Counted from the stretch's first letter, positions 46,801-58,602 are shown. The stretch: 64,000 nt of DNA from Psilocybe cubensis (GCA_017499595.2 CM038998.1:2170001-2234000); one strand, 5' to 3'. Numbers and translations: made by a program. The notes: generated by a model not told the origin, from the sequence alone.

Positions 46801-48003
46801 CGTGCCGCTCATTTCATACCATGCAATGAAACAATTTCCGCCCCTGATCTTGCGTGGTTATTTGTCGATCGCATACTTCGTTATCATGGTCTGCCGGACT
46901 CAATCATCTCGGATCGAGGTTCACTGTTTGTCTCAAACTTCTGGAAAGCTCTGATGTCTCGTCTTGACATTAAAACTCGTCATTCCACTGCCTATCATCC
47001 CCGTACAGACGGTCTTACTGAACGGACGAATCAGTCACTCGAGACATACCTTCGTGCATACTGCTCCTATCAACAAGATGATTGGGTTGATTACTTACCA
47101 CTCGCCGAGTTCGTTTTCAACAACACAGTTAATTCTTCGACCAAACAAACACCTTTTTATGCCAACTATGCTTATCATCCCACCTTTTCTCCTCAAATTG
47201 CAGAGATTTCTACGGTGCCAGCTGCTGAAGACTTAGCCAAACGTCTCGACGTTATTCATCAAGAACTCAAGGCCGAACTTCAGTTTGCTCAGGAACGTCA
47301 GAAGGAAACTTTTGATCGTAAAGTTCTCCCTTCGCCAAAGTACGCCCCTGATCAGCTCGTTTGGCTCCTTCGTCGTAACATCCGTACCACGCGCCCTTCG
47401 TTGAAGCTCGATCACCGTCGCCTGGGACCGTATCCCGTTATTCGAGAAATAGGAAATGATTCTTATCTTTTAAAACTTCCGCCCTATCTTTCGCGTTTAC
47501 ATCCCGTTTTTCATACTTCGCTTCTTGAACCTTACTCTGACCCTTCTGAATTCCACCCCCATGCTTCGCCTGACCCTTTTGTTCTCGCGGATGACCCCGC
47601 ATTATCTATTTCTTCCTTCCTTGATTGTCGTAAAGTAGGTCATCGTTACGAGTATCTCGTGCGATGGCAAAATTCTTCTGACTCCGAAGATTCTTGGATT
47701 CCACTTTCTGATATTCCTACATCTTATAACGAACTTTTAACTCGATTCCACCGTCGGCATCCTCGTGCACCACACCCTCATACTTTCGATTTCGACCGTA
47801 ACCTCCACAATATGGACAATCCGACGGTACCCGAGGAAAACAATTCAAACCCTTCCATTCCTTCTGATTCTATTTCACACATCCGTCCGACTACCCCTCC
47901 TCCTGTTCGTAACAACCTCCGTAGTTCTTATGTACCCCCTCCTTTTACCACCCTTCGTTCTGGTCGTATATCTCGTCCTCGACCTTCCCCAGATGCCGCA
48001 TAA
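43807..48003 (+). CDS. pol: Retrotransposon Pol polyprotein (protease, RT, RNase H, integrase, chromodomain), in the -1 frame relative to gag
   Basis: Uninterrupted ORF: ALIDSGC and IILGLDWL (protease); LCVDYRGLN and YLDDILI (RT); TDASD, DKELLAIV, DHKNL (RNase H); H-X6-H...C-X2-C, SMDFI, SDRG, TERTN, GPY (integrase); YEYLVRW..DSWIP (chromodomain). Confidence 0.95.
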   Translation, partial: GKSLTGSSSLALELPEKDERAHQTISAASHVRCSDGRWLPVRLPAPVYVFSSAHSSASISPAHFFINVTLSFPNHKPIHTYALIDSGCTDSCISDRFATRYSLPRRLKPVPVPILAVDDRPIASGLVTQDVFTNLSVDKHSENIALSVVSVAFPIILGLDWLRRHNPAVDWSDPLISLSCCNLSRSNRVSVRPRGFGLDSHSSSSFVQACSVSRVGLGLGLRADSPWFSSVLSPSPPPQSSSSSTPSNPPAPSFLSFMTRWTGYGRSNLDDITMNPKPKIKLLNINRFKKYSKNQQVCLLRVHSPDSPAYIAATNLSPSPSIDDISEPPPIPADSPLPAKYFPWANSVFSPTAVDELPPHRPYDCAIEIEEGKEPPFGPMYRLTQDEQKALSTYIEDNLKKGFIRRSTSSAASPILFVRKKTGDLRLCVDYRGLNAITKKNRYPLPHIDDLLDRTQGCKLFTVIDLKNAFNLIRIKEGDEWKTAFRTALGLYEYLVMPFGLTNAPSVFQAFIQDTLRDFIGVFCVVYLDDILIFSRTQEEHDMQVKLVLDRLKDARLFANPKKCEFDKSEVEYLGYLIGADGIKMNPKKLATIAEWPVPRSTHDVQVFLGFCNFYRRFVDHYADIALPLHRLTRKNVSFHWTDVERNAFETLKRSFTSYPVLRHFDPSKPATLSTDASDFALSGILQQPDKDGLLHPVAFYSRKFSPAEINYEVHDKELLAIVDSFRDMRAWLMGTTHPISVFCDHKNLEYFMNTHVLNRRQARWSMFLSEFDFQLDWKPGLQNPADGPSRRPDFEPKRGDDVSVAQNKTLLTPYHLQRIHSFSSPIPRPTPTISISATSSTITTLSIDNSELLQRFQAAYREDTEWREALVHGNPDFSVKDDIIFYKGRVFVPQSLRAEILYQRHDCVLSGHPGRTLTASNVLRDYNWPGVQTYIRRYVQACDVCNRIKIPRHKPYGLLKPLDIPTRPWKSISMDFIVKLPKSHNYDSIWVVCDRLTRAAHFIPCNETISAPDLAWLFVDRILRYHGLPDSIISDRGSLFVSNFWKALMSRLDIKTRHSTAYHPRTDGLTERTNQSLETYLRAYCSYQQDDWVDYLPLAEFVFNNTVNSSTKQTPFYANYAYHPTFSPQIAEISTVPAAEDLAKRLDVIHQELKAELQFAQERQKETFDRKVLPSPKYAPDQLVWLLRRNIRTTRPSLKLDHRRLGPYPVIREIGNDSYLLKLPPYLSRLHPVFHTSLLEPYSDPSEFHPHASPDPFVLADDPALSISSFLDCRKVGHRYEYLVRWQNSSDSEDSWIPLSDIPTSYNELLTRFHRRHPRAPHPHTFDFDRNLHNMDNPTVPEENNSNPSIPSDSISHIRPTTPPPVRNNLRSSYVPPPFTTLRSGRISRPRPSPDAA

Positions 48004-48015
48004 AAGGGGAGATGA
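48002..48015 (+). other. 3' polypurine tract
   Basis: AAAAGGGGAGATGA directly abutting the 3' LTR and overlapping the pol stop codon. Confidence 0.9.
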
Positions 48016-48157
48016 TGTCACGGTTTAGACCGTGACCCTAGTCCGTGCACAGGTCCAAGCACCGTCTAGTATTTAGTTCGTAGATTACGCACCTTTGTTC
48101 CTTGTCGAATCAACACGTTTTCCCTGTTGTCTTCGAATCCTGTCCTTGCCCGTGACA
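48016..48157 (+). repeat. 3' LTR (142 bp)
   Basis: Identical to the 5' LTR and followed by the TSD ATGAC. Confidence 0.97.
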
Positions 48158-48362
48158 ATGACGATGGCTACCAACTCGCACCAGCTGAATTAGCGCCCAT
48201 GACCTAGCAAAGAGGACCACTGACGGGCGCCACATGTGAATCACGTGGATATTTCTCGCTGTCTCGGATGATGATATTCCTACGTCATGGTAGTGGTGGG
48301 GACCACGGCTGGCTATATATTTCATTTTGTTCCTGCTGCAGAACCGCTATTATACAGCTACC

Positions 48363-48847
48363 ATGCTTAGAACTACGTTTGCCACATCCTCCAAGGCTGC
48401 CATGGCCGCGCGCCATTTCCATCCCTCTCCAGCCGCCAGCAAGACTGTCTCCCAAAAGGTGTCCGAAATTGCGGACAAGGTAACTTACTCGCCGAGCTCT
48501 CTACCGGGCTCCCCGACGCTGACAGCCATCAATAGGTCAACAAGGGTGTTGGGAAAGGTCTTGCATCAGCAATTGACAAAGGCGAGCAAGCCGCCAATAC
48601 TGCAAAGGAGACCCTAGGTTAGCAGGTTACTTACAGGCATCACGCATATTCTCATCGCCGCTGCAGATTCGACGTCGTCTGAGGCAAAACAGAAGGCGAA
48701 GGAAACTGAGAGCACGTTAAAACAAGAGGGAAATAAAGTGCGTCCTCTGCTACCTGCATTTGCAATTGACTAAGTGACGTTGTGCCCCTATCTCAGGCCG
48801 CAGCTACAGCACGCAAAGTTAAAGATGATGTTAGCAAAGATTTATAA
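48363..48847 (+). CDS. Small LEA-like/hydrophilin protein with a mitochondrial-type presequence; 4 exons
   Basis: MLRTTFATSSKAAMAARHFHPSPAASKTVSQKVSEIADK-VNKGVGKGLASAIDKGEQAANTAKETL-...KQKAKE...-AAATARKVKDDVSKDL*. Ala/Lys/Glu-rich amphipathic sequence; TATATA at about 48314. Confidence 0.7.
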
Positions 48848-49185
48848 ATAGATCAGGTTGATCTTGGCGTCGGCGTCGTTGGTGACTGGATGTAAATTGC
48901 AATTAATTATATGACTCCGTGTCAAATGCAACGTTGATATTTCTCCAGGACTGGTTTGCTTGAGCGACTCTACTTGTGTGTGATGGCCTGAGCCTCGAGC
49001 AGTGGAGAGTGTGCATCGAACAGTTAAGCGCACTTGCGAATCAATGATCCTTGGCGCGATGCCGGATATGGCGCTGCACGGCAGACATATGATTGGCTGA
49101 GAATATTTTGTTCAGAGGTGGTGCCACACTAGGAATAATAAAAGAAATTTGTTCTTGTAGCTCGACCTTGTCTTACGCCCTGGAC

Positions 49186-51011
49186 ATGGCCCTCAGCATG
49201 GACCGTTCAGCTTCAGCTTCGATTCCCTCGTCGACGGCCGATAATGTTCCTCTATATTCCCTCCCTATTCCCTCTTTCTTGGGGCTCGTTAAGGGCTCTT
49301 CTCTCTATACCACCGTCGTCATTCTCTTCTCATTGCTTGCCTTAGAGCAGGCAGTGTATAGGTACAAAAAACGTCATCTCCCAGGCGCCTCGTGGACTAT
49401 CCCTATCATTGGAAAGTTTGCTGACTCCATGTCCCCTTCCATGGAAGGTTACAAAAAGCAATGGGCGTCTGGAGCTCTGAGCGCTATCAGCGTTTTCAAC
49501 ATGTTCGTTCAAGTCTCTTTTCCTAATAATAATGCTAACCTTTAACTCAGCTTCATTGTTATGGCTTCATCCAAAGAATATGCTCGCAAGATTCTCAACT
49601 CACCTACTTATGCCGAACCCTGCCTTGTGCACTCAGCGAAACAGATCCTTTTGCCGGATAACTGGTACGCTATTTATTAGTATGCCGACGACATTATTGC
49701 TAAGAGGCATTCAGGGTCTTCCTCACTGGTAAAAGCCATGTCGAGTATCGTAGAGGCCTCAATGCCTTATTCACTCGTAAAGCCATTGGGTTAGTTAACG
49801 TCTCCAACCCAGTCATATCGCTGCTGGCTAATAGAACCTTAGTATCTATGTTGCCATCCAGGAAGCAATTTGCAACAAGCACTTGGATCGATGGCTAGCT
49901 ACTGCTAAGAAAACTTCGGCTTCCCAGCCCATCATGATGACCGCTCGCCACTTGAACATGGAGACTTCACTAGGCGTTTTCTGTGGCAGTCACATACCTG
50001 AGCATGCGGCTGATGAAATCAACGACAAATACTGGGCCATCACTCAGTCTCTTGAATTGGTCAACTTTCCGCTTGCTCTTCCAGGAACCAAGGTCTATAA
50101 AGCTATCCAGGCCCGAAAAGTCGCTTTACAGTGGCTCGAACTTGCAGCTCACAACTCAAAGATTGCTATGGCTAACGGTGCTCAGCCTGAATGCATGCTT
50201 GATGAGTGGATTCAAACCATTAACGAACCTGGCTATAAAGGACGCAAAGACTTCAGCGATCGTGAGATGGCTATGGTTCTTTTCTCATTCTTGTTTGCCT
50301 CTCAGGATGCAATGAGCAGCGGTCTTATCTACGCCTTTCAGCATCTTGCTGATCACCCTGAAATAATGGATAAAGTCAGAGAAGAGCAAGACCGCGTTCG
50401 CCAAGGAAATTTCTCAAAGCCTTTGACGCTTGAACTTTTGGATCAGATGACCTATCTTCAAGCGGTGGTGAAGGAGAGCTTACGCGTTGTACCTCCTGTT
50501 TTGATGGTTAGTGGACCCTCACTCCTTTTTTATCCTTATTGACCCATGGCTGACCCCATTTGTATCAGGTTCCATATAAGACAACTCGCGCATTCCCTAT
50601 TGCGGATGATTACACTGTTCCGGCAAACAGCATGGTTATTCCTTCCTTCTTCCTCTCCCTCCACGACGAAGAGGTTTACCCTAGTCCAGACAAATTCATA
50701 CCCGAGAGATGGCTGGACCCCCAAAGCCCTGCTAACACCAACCCCCAGAATTACCTTGTCTTTGGATCAGGACCCCATCGTTGTATTGGTTTAGAGTATG
50801 CAACCATGAATATTGCATTGGTCATTGCAACAGCAGCAGTGAAAATGAACTGGGAACACGATGTTACTCCACGAAGTTATCTGTACGAGTATGTACATTT
50901 GTCTGATTTATGGATTTATCACTTTGCTGATTGTCTCTCAGAATTATCGCCACTGTATTCCCAAAAGATGGATGCTACCTCAAATTCACCCCTCGTAGTA
51001 CAGATGCGTGA
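49186..51011 (+). CDS. ERG5: Sterol C-22 desaturase, cytochrome P450 CYP61
   Basis: CYP61-typical I-helix FLFASQDA, plus IPIIGKFADS, ELVNFPLALPGT, KESLRVVPPVLMVPY, PERW, heme motif FGSGPHRCIG and C-terminal IIATVFPKDGC. Confidence 0.95.
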
Positions 51012-51164
51012 ATGGGTAGGGTTATTATTTATGTAATTATTGAGAAACTTTGAAGGATATATCAATTTTAGCTTTATGTACCACCTCATGACTACGTTGG
51101 ATTATCGATCGATATTCCCGCCACGCCAATTTATAATTCTTGTGCACACATTCTAATGCTATTC

Positions 51165-53216
51165 TCAAAGTTTTTTCACCAGCAATGGGAGGGAGCTTGC
51201 AGTTTCTCCAACCACTCTTGGTCGGATTACAAAACTCTGAAATGGCTCTATTTCAACCCGACATCTAAAGGAGAATCTTGGAAGCAATGTAACAATCAAA
51301 GCCTAGTTTTAGAGTAATTTTTAGTGCAATTCATTTTTAATGTTATGTGCTTTCGCGCAACCTCACCTTTATCTCGGTCATCGCAAAAGTCTTTCCAATG
51401 CAGGAACGAGGGCTAAACCAGTTCGTTAGTGGGTATTGCCACTCTTAAATTTTGCCCACGTACCCAGCACTAAACGCGAGAAGTTCTTGGCCTTTTAAAG
51501 TGCTGCTTATTTTCTTGTCCAACCATCGTTTAGGCCGAAATGCCGTTGCATCTTCTCCCCAAACACTGTTGTCGATCTGAAGGACATTAACGGGTATGAC
51601 AACAAGAGTGCCTTTGGGTATAACAAGGAAATGCTCTCCTGTTTCTGCGAGGCCTTCAGACAGAGGCATGATCACGGTCTCGGACGCCTGAGATGTTTTT
51701 GAATTAGAAATTAACGCCTGAGGGTATCAAGAACAATGATAATGCTAGCATACCTCATGGTGATTTTCGAGGATTGCAGGGTGTAATCGTAAGGTCTCTT
51801 TTAGCGCTGCATCGAGAAGAGGTAGCTCGTTGATCAAATGGTCGAATGAATGATCAGGAATGGCACATATTTCATCGCGCAATTCGTTTTGAAAATCAGG
51901 ATGACAGGCGATCTCGTATAGCATCCACTGAGGTACATCATAAGTAATGCTAGCAAAATGACGAAATAGAACCCACCGCAACGACTGCAGACACTGTCTC
52001 ATAACCCGCTGACATGACTGTGCGCATTTGGGAAACAATCTCTTCTTCGTCCATATGAATCACGGTAGAATTGTTGAATCGCACTGTGGATGAAATGTCA
52101 GTTCAGACGATGTCTCAGAAAGATATTTAAAATTGAAGCACAAACACATATTCGCCATGACAGTTCTATTATTCGCCTCTCCTGTATGTTTTGCATCCTT
52201 CCACATTTTGGAGGCAATCAGACCCAATTCACGCTTGACCTTTCTGATCATCTCGCCTTTCTTGCCAATAAACAAGATTGAAGGTACAAGCCAGAACAGT
52301 GCGCGCATGTAAAACGATGAACTTTTGTGCTCGTTATTAGTCAAACCATCCAGAGCGTCAGCTAGATCGTGGGGTTCTCCCGAAAGGCAGTCAAAATCAT
52401 AGGAGAATGCTGCTCTCCCTATGGTATCCAAGCTTTGAACAAAGGAGGGTGTTTGATTTAATCAGTAACCAAGAACCAAACCCAAATACTCACGCAAATC
52501 TGCCTGCCCAATTGGTGACTTCGATTTCAGATTCATTTCCGCGTGATCCTTCTAACAGTTTCGACCATTGAGAAGATAAACGCGCAGATGTTTCAAAAAA
52601 AGTATCCGTCAGTTGACGAACAGACTGAAGGCTGCCGATAATATTCAAAATATACGATGCGTGGTATAATGACGACACGTACTTTAATGCCGGTGCCAAT
52701 ATTCGACGTTGAGTTTCATGTTCTTTTTTACCTACACGGAAAGTTAATATGCGAGGTTGATAAACCATCTCTAAGTCTTGTGTCACCTTCCACCCAAAGT
52801 ATTCCTTCCCCAAGCGTTGCCTTGAACCAAGCACGCACTCCCTGCGGTTTTGGGAAGGAGTACGCGGCTTCACCAAGAATAAAGCTGATGGCTCGCATGT
52901 CTGTGACAGAAAGAACTTGATGCTGCGAAACAGACTAGGTTAAATCGGGGTGATATGGGTCGAACAGACCTACACCGAAGGCACCAGTGAAGGCTACTAG
53001 TTTACCGAAGCGACGATGCCAATCGACATACGGCGCACCAGGAGGTTGGTGGTAAAGTTCCCACTCTTCTCCCCACAGGAAGGAAGAGGAACTGGGGCCA
53101 GGAACATGACCGAAGGCGCGACGCGACGCGAGGAGATGAATGAAGTAGTGGACCAAGATGACCAAGGTAAACCCTGAAAGAACGAGAGATAATTTGTGAA
53201 ATAACAGATGGATCAT
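51165..53216 (-). CDS. Cytochrome P450 monooxygenase (family not assigned); multi-exon
   Basis: N-terminal TM anchor and VPGP, I-helix AGYETV, K-helix ETLRLHP, FRPKRW, heme motif FSAG-PRSCIG split by an intron, stop at 51165-67. Confidence 0.92.
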
Positions 53217-53487
53217 GGCAGCAGAGTGAGGGTAGCATATCTGGCTGGGTGCTTTATACTGAGTAACAAGTAGAACCAGACTCGATCATGGAGTAAAAGG
53301 GGCAAGAATTAGGAGTTTGATTGAGTGCTGTGATGTTGTGATCATGTGACTGTTCTTAAGTCTCTGGGATCGGCAGTATTGCAGCTTTGATTGATGTTGA
53401 CTACATACTTACAAGTGCCTACACTCGCCTTGTTGACTTTCACCAGCTCTCTCTTTTGTCTGAGCTCCGTCCTCGCTCCTCTGTAAT

Positions 53488-56449
53488 ATGGAACAACCCC
53501 AGTCCTCCAGGTCCTCGTTTTCTGATCCGCCCTCTGCTACCCAAGGCCCCATACCACTCTTCGATGCCCACCTTCGATATTTGACCGACTCATATCTCAG
53601 TTTCTTCCAGGAGCGGCAAGTTTTTCTCCTAGCTGAATTTCTAAAATCCTTCTAAGATAAATTTCTCGCATCTAGGAGACGAATCGAGGAAACATAGTTT
53701 GTACATTTGTCGATCTTAAGCGACGTTGTCTGATTGCTATCTCAACAGCGTCGAATCGTTGCGAAAGCTGCATCGTAAAGTCAAATCAGTTGACTTGTCC
53801 TTGGATGAAAGAGGTGGGGAGCTGAGTACAGTGAGGGCAGTGTGGTCTGAAGTTGTTGAGAACGTTGACAGAGGTGCACTTTTCGCTACATTAGACTTTG
53901 CAATCTCTGATTTGATAACAGAGGCACAGACGCGACAAGCGTTGTGCGCAACTCTGACCACCGATATCATTATACCATTGACTTCGCTAAAGGTAATCGT
54001 AAAGCGTGTAATATCATGTTCTTGCTTCATTGTTCTCTCCATATCAGGAAACACAAGAACGAACAAGAAAGAGGATAAAGGAAGATCTAAAGGATTCTGG
54101 AGCAGCATACACCGAATATGCAGAAATGATGCTCCCTAAGCTGAAAAGTCGATATACGAAGAAATATATGGACGTCGAGGTTCGCTTCTGCTTCGTAAGC
54201 ATTCAAGTACATTGTTCATCTCAACTCCTACAGGAACAAAAACGTGCTGCTTTAACCGTACCCAATGCAGGTCCCTTAAATGCGACCTCGCTTAGTCCAG
54301 AACATCATAACAGCAATGTAAAGGCGGCTACAATAGTTCCCGCTCGCCCCACAGTAACTGCTCCTCAACCTCTTCGAGCCCTTGACCGTCGACCCTCTGG
54401 CAGTACTCCAGGCGCACGGAACCGCTCCCCGTCATCATCAACAGCGTTCTCGGATCTTGCTCATCAAGGTATACCTTTTCTTAATGCACCTGTTGTAGAT
54501 ACTTATCCGGTCAAACCTGGGATATTTAGGGAAAAAGCAATTGAACCAACTTATAGGGTTTTTGGACAAAGGTGGTGTTGGAAAGGATGGTCTTGGCGTC
54601 CGGGAAAACCAAGCACTACGAACGGTTCGTGCAAAACGCGATGCAGATGAAGCTGGTAAGTATGCCTTTGCCTACTTTCCTGACTCTTTAGAAACATTTT
54701 CAACAGACCGTGAATATCGCAAGGGCGTCCATTGGCTTGAAACATTGCGATTACGCCGTACAAAGATTTTAGAAAGTGGTTACAAGGTATGATCTTTTAT
54801 CACTGTACGATGTAATTGCTGAACTATGTTGCAGAGTCTAGAGATGTTCATTGAAGAGGCTTCTACCACCATGAAGACAATTCTGGAGAAATATGCTGAT
54901 AATATGACGTCAGTTTTCAATAAAGTTTAAAGGGTTGGCTGTGCAGCTCTGACATAACATATAGTGCTACGACATCCACGCAGACGCAACTTTCTTTGCA
55001 CATGCGTGGAATTGTGGATCGAATATCTCCAGAAAAAGATGTCGCAAAACTCAAAACAAATATACCGCGCTCATTGGCATCGGCTATACCAGACCCGATC
55101 TTATATGAACATGGCCTTGTGGGAGAATGCAATGACTTGATATTTGGATTTAGTCTTGTCGATTATGCAACAGCTAAAGGTTTGTCAGAAGGAGAGATAC
55201 CCAAGATCATCAGAATATGCATTGAAGAAATCGACAAACGAGGATTAGAATGCGAAGGAATTTATCGAGTACGTGACGCTTTCTAGATCTATCATGGCTG
55301 AGCCGTGAATTTTTCCTGCAGGTGTCGGGGCGGCATGCAATAGTTCAAGGAGTAAGGCGTTTGTCTGTAATAAGTTTCACTCACTGATTCTGACTTACTC
55401 ACAGCTTCAACATGAAATAGAAAGGGACGAATCCGCTTTCGAATTTACTCCCAAAGACGATGTGTATGCCGTGTCTTCTTTACTCAAGGTACGTTATGCC
55501 CTTCACAAGTGTCTTCAGTTCTTGATTCGTTACAGCTGTATCTCCGAGAGTTACCAGAGCCAGTTTTCAGGTTCTCTTTGCAGGATCGGATACAACACAC
55601 CGAGGACAGAGGTAAACATCGTGATTTTTATTGTAAAATTTTCCTCTCATTGTAAATTTAAAGAGGAACATATATCCAATAACTTCATGCTTATACGTTC
55701 AAAAATCCGTCGCCTACCGCCAGTCCACCAGGCCACGTTGAAAGCCTTGATCGAACATTTGTCACGGATTGTTGCAAAAAGTAATAAAAACAAAATGGAC
55801 GCCAAGAACCTCGCAATCGTATTTGGCGGTGTTATTTTTGGTGATGATGAGATGCCTAAAGGGGGTGACCTTCTTAGTGTACAGACCGTTAAGGTTTTGG
55901 TTTTTCTTATTCATGTTTTAGGAAATACTGACTGGGATATTATTTCGCCAGGACACTGTTATGGAGGACTTGATTTTAAACGCATCTGTTCTCTATGACA
56001 CAGAGGCAGGACCGAGCTCACCACCTTTGCCTCCCACCCCTGTAGGCGAACCTATACCCAAAGTGTCTTATGGATCTCGGATGACCAAGATAACAACCGT
56101 CCCGCCTATAGAACTTTCAACATCTCCTCAGGATTTCACTCCACGGTTGCCAGCTCGGCCAAATAACAGTATACATCCATCCTCAAGGATTATTCCTAGC
56201 TCACCGACGAAACCTAAAGCTCCGCAGGAAAAAGCACTTCCCCCCACAGTGCAATCTGATACAAACTTTGAAGATATGCCTCCTCCGTCTCCAGTTAGGA
56301 GGCTTTCTAGATTGGAAGTCAACAGAGACATGGACGATAGGAATTCAATATATTTTCCGGCTCAAGACAGCCCGACAAGGTCCTTGGAGGCTTCTCCGAA
56401 TACATCAAGTGATTCTAGAATCGATTTAATGGATACCCCACGACAGTAA
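53488..56449 (+). CDS. Rho GTPase-activating protein with an N-terminal F-BAR/FCH-like domain; multi-exon
   Basis: SFFQERRRIEETYVESLRKL (FCH-like) and coiled coils, RhoGAP motifs IPKIIRICIEEIDKRGLECEGIYRVSG, VSSLLKLYLRELPEP, NKMDAKNLAIVFG, and a Pro-rich tail. Confidence 0.88.
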
Positions 56450-56562
56450 ATTAAAGTAATACCCGTTGACTGTGACACACATTGTTGTTATCCCTTTGTT
56501 GTATTCATGTAGTTGTTAACACACTTTGTTGGCCATATTATTATCATTTTACTAAAATTGTG

Positions 56563-58602
56563 TCATCCATTCGCTTCATCCTCAGACAAGTCGTCATTTC
56601 CCAACGAAGACCAGTGGTTGTGCCATTGAATGACATCTGGATGTGCAAACACCCTGGAGTTACCAGCAAAATCAGAATGGTTGCAACGTAGCAAGCTCGC
56701 AGTAATTTAATGTCACCGAGATGCATGGAAGTTTTGTATTTCCAATCCTTCCATTGAGGTCGCTCGAGAAACAGCAACATAGGCTATAAGAGTTTCAGTC
56801 TGAGACCAGCAAGCTGAGTTGAGATAACAACATGTACCTTGTCCTTTTTCGAAAACGCTGTCGAGGTCAATTTTAACGCGCTCTAATGTCTGTCCCTGCG
56901 ACTTGTGTATAGAGATAGCCCAAGCCAAGATCAATGGCAACTGAATCCTATGGGCTTGTATGGTACCAGTGTAGTTTAAAATCTTGAATCCCGCAGCTGT
57001 GAAGACACGTTCTTCGCCGTTAGTGAACTTGACAATGGGCCAGGATTGTCGTCGGCCAAAAATATGATTAGTCAAGGGACGAAAGTCCTTAAGTATCTCC
57101 TGAGAATAATTCGAGTCGTGTGTTCTTCCTAGGAAGTCTGCTATCTTCAATTTACGATCTGCTGCTTCGCTGGTGCTCGTAAATCCGACAACCTTGCCCA
57201 AACTTCCATTAACAAGCAACCCCGCTTCAAGGTTCTAAACCGGATTAGAGACAGAAACGTCTGTAAACTAGAGTTAACGTACTTGAATTAGCATAACCTG
57301 GGCGCCAATCTGTTTGATGACCACGGAGCTATTTGAATAACATATCATGTAACATGCTTCCTTTAAGACCTTACTTTGAGCGTTAATATTGTAGGCGAGA
57401 TTACACGATCCAGAAGTCTTTCTGCTTCAGTTCTCAGTACAGGTAGACCACGGTCATCATAACCCGCGCTGTCCATGGCATGAAATACTGATTTGGGTCC
57501 TGGCAGAGCGTTTAGTTTCATTTCATTATGACTGTCTACCTGCCGTCGAAGCGGAAATCTATGGAAAAATACTTAATCAGAAAATGTAACCAAATAAATG
57601 ATAGCGACTTACAGTTGACTGGGTTCAATTCCATCAGGGTAAGTTAGAGGTCGCGACAATGACGATAGTTTCTTGATGTCGTCATTTGTCATGATACCAC
57701 GACGCATATTAGTCAATATTTCAATGAATGCTATCGCGACGTTCAGAAATTTAAAGGACAGTTGTTTTGTAAAAAATCACTTGTGTCTTTTTGTCGGAAA
57801 ACTTTGTGTAAAAAAATAGGTCTAGAGATGCATTGTGACCACGAGTCAGCCTCAAAGGCAAAGAGCTGAGCATTCTGTTCAGGTACAGGAGGTAATTGGA
57901 AGAAATCTCCGCAGAGAACAAGCTATATGCAAGAATGAGCTGAATTGAACTAGTGAATAAAGATATACTAACTTGTATTCCTCCGAATGGCTCTGAATTG
58001 TTCCTAGTTACCCTGGCAATATACTCCTGTTTCAAAAGATAATATCAACACTTCAATGGTCCTAAGCAGAGCAGAGAATGCTACCAATTTATCGAACAGC
58101 TTCCCGTCAAGCATGGATACTCCAAGTACCGAAGTAAGTGATATTCAGTTCGGTGAGCAAAAAAAGAATACGCATTTTACTTTCATCAATAACCAGAGTC
58201 ACAGTTTTCTCCCATCGTTCCTTTCGACTGCGTTTCTTGCAAACTTCGTCTGCGAGCTTTTCTTTGCTGTGTTTACCCAGTCCAATCCCAGCGAATGAGT
58301 GAATTGTAACTCCATTAATATTGAGGCTGGCGATTCCAGTTGTAGCAGTTACGGCAATGGACTCATAGCCATATGTTCTGCGAAGTCGTTCGATGATGCA
58401 TTGAAGGAGGTAACTTTTGCCAGTGCCTGCGTCGAAATAGCTGAACTTCACGAGTAAACATGCAAATAATATATTGAATACCAGCTGCTCCTGTGAAAAA
58501 CACATTTCTTCTAGAGTCTACAAGAGCTATGACCTTTCTTTGTTCCTCGGACAGGTTATTATAGTCAACAGATGATGCGGCTTCATACACAGCAGTGGCC
58601 AT
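56563..58602 (-). CDS. PIF1-family 5'-3' DNA helicase, compact core-only form; multi-exon
   Basis: [94 protein letters not shown]. The true start is uncertain. Confidence 0.88.

Larger units (their letters stand above)
42459..48157 (+). mobile_element. Full-length Ty3/Gypsy (chromovirus) LTR retrotransposon, 5,699 bp
   Basis: Two identical 142-bp TG...CA LTRs, 5-bp TSD ATGAC (42454-58 and 48158-62), gag, pol in PR-RT-RH-IN-chromodomain order, and a PPT adjoining the 3' LTR. Confidence 0.98.

Noticed and set aside
49186-56449. Secondary-metabolite gene cluster around the two P450s
   Set aside because: No PKS, NRPS, terpene synthase or RiPP precursor in the window; neighbours are housekeeping genes.
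56563-58602. Helitron origin for the PIF1 helicase
   Set aside because: No Rep/HUH domain or recognisable Helitron termini; motifs and intron density look like a host PIF1.
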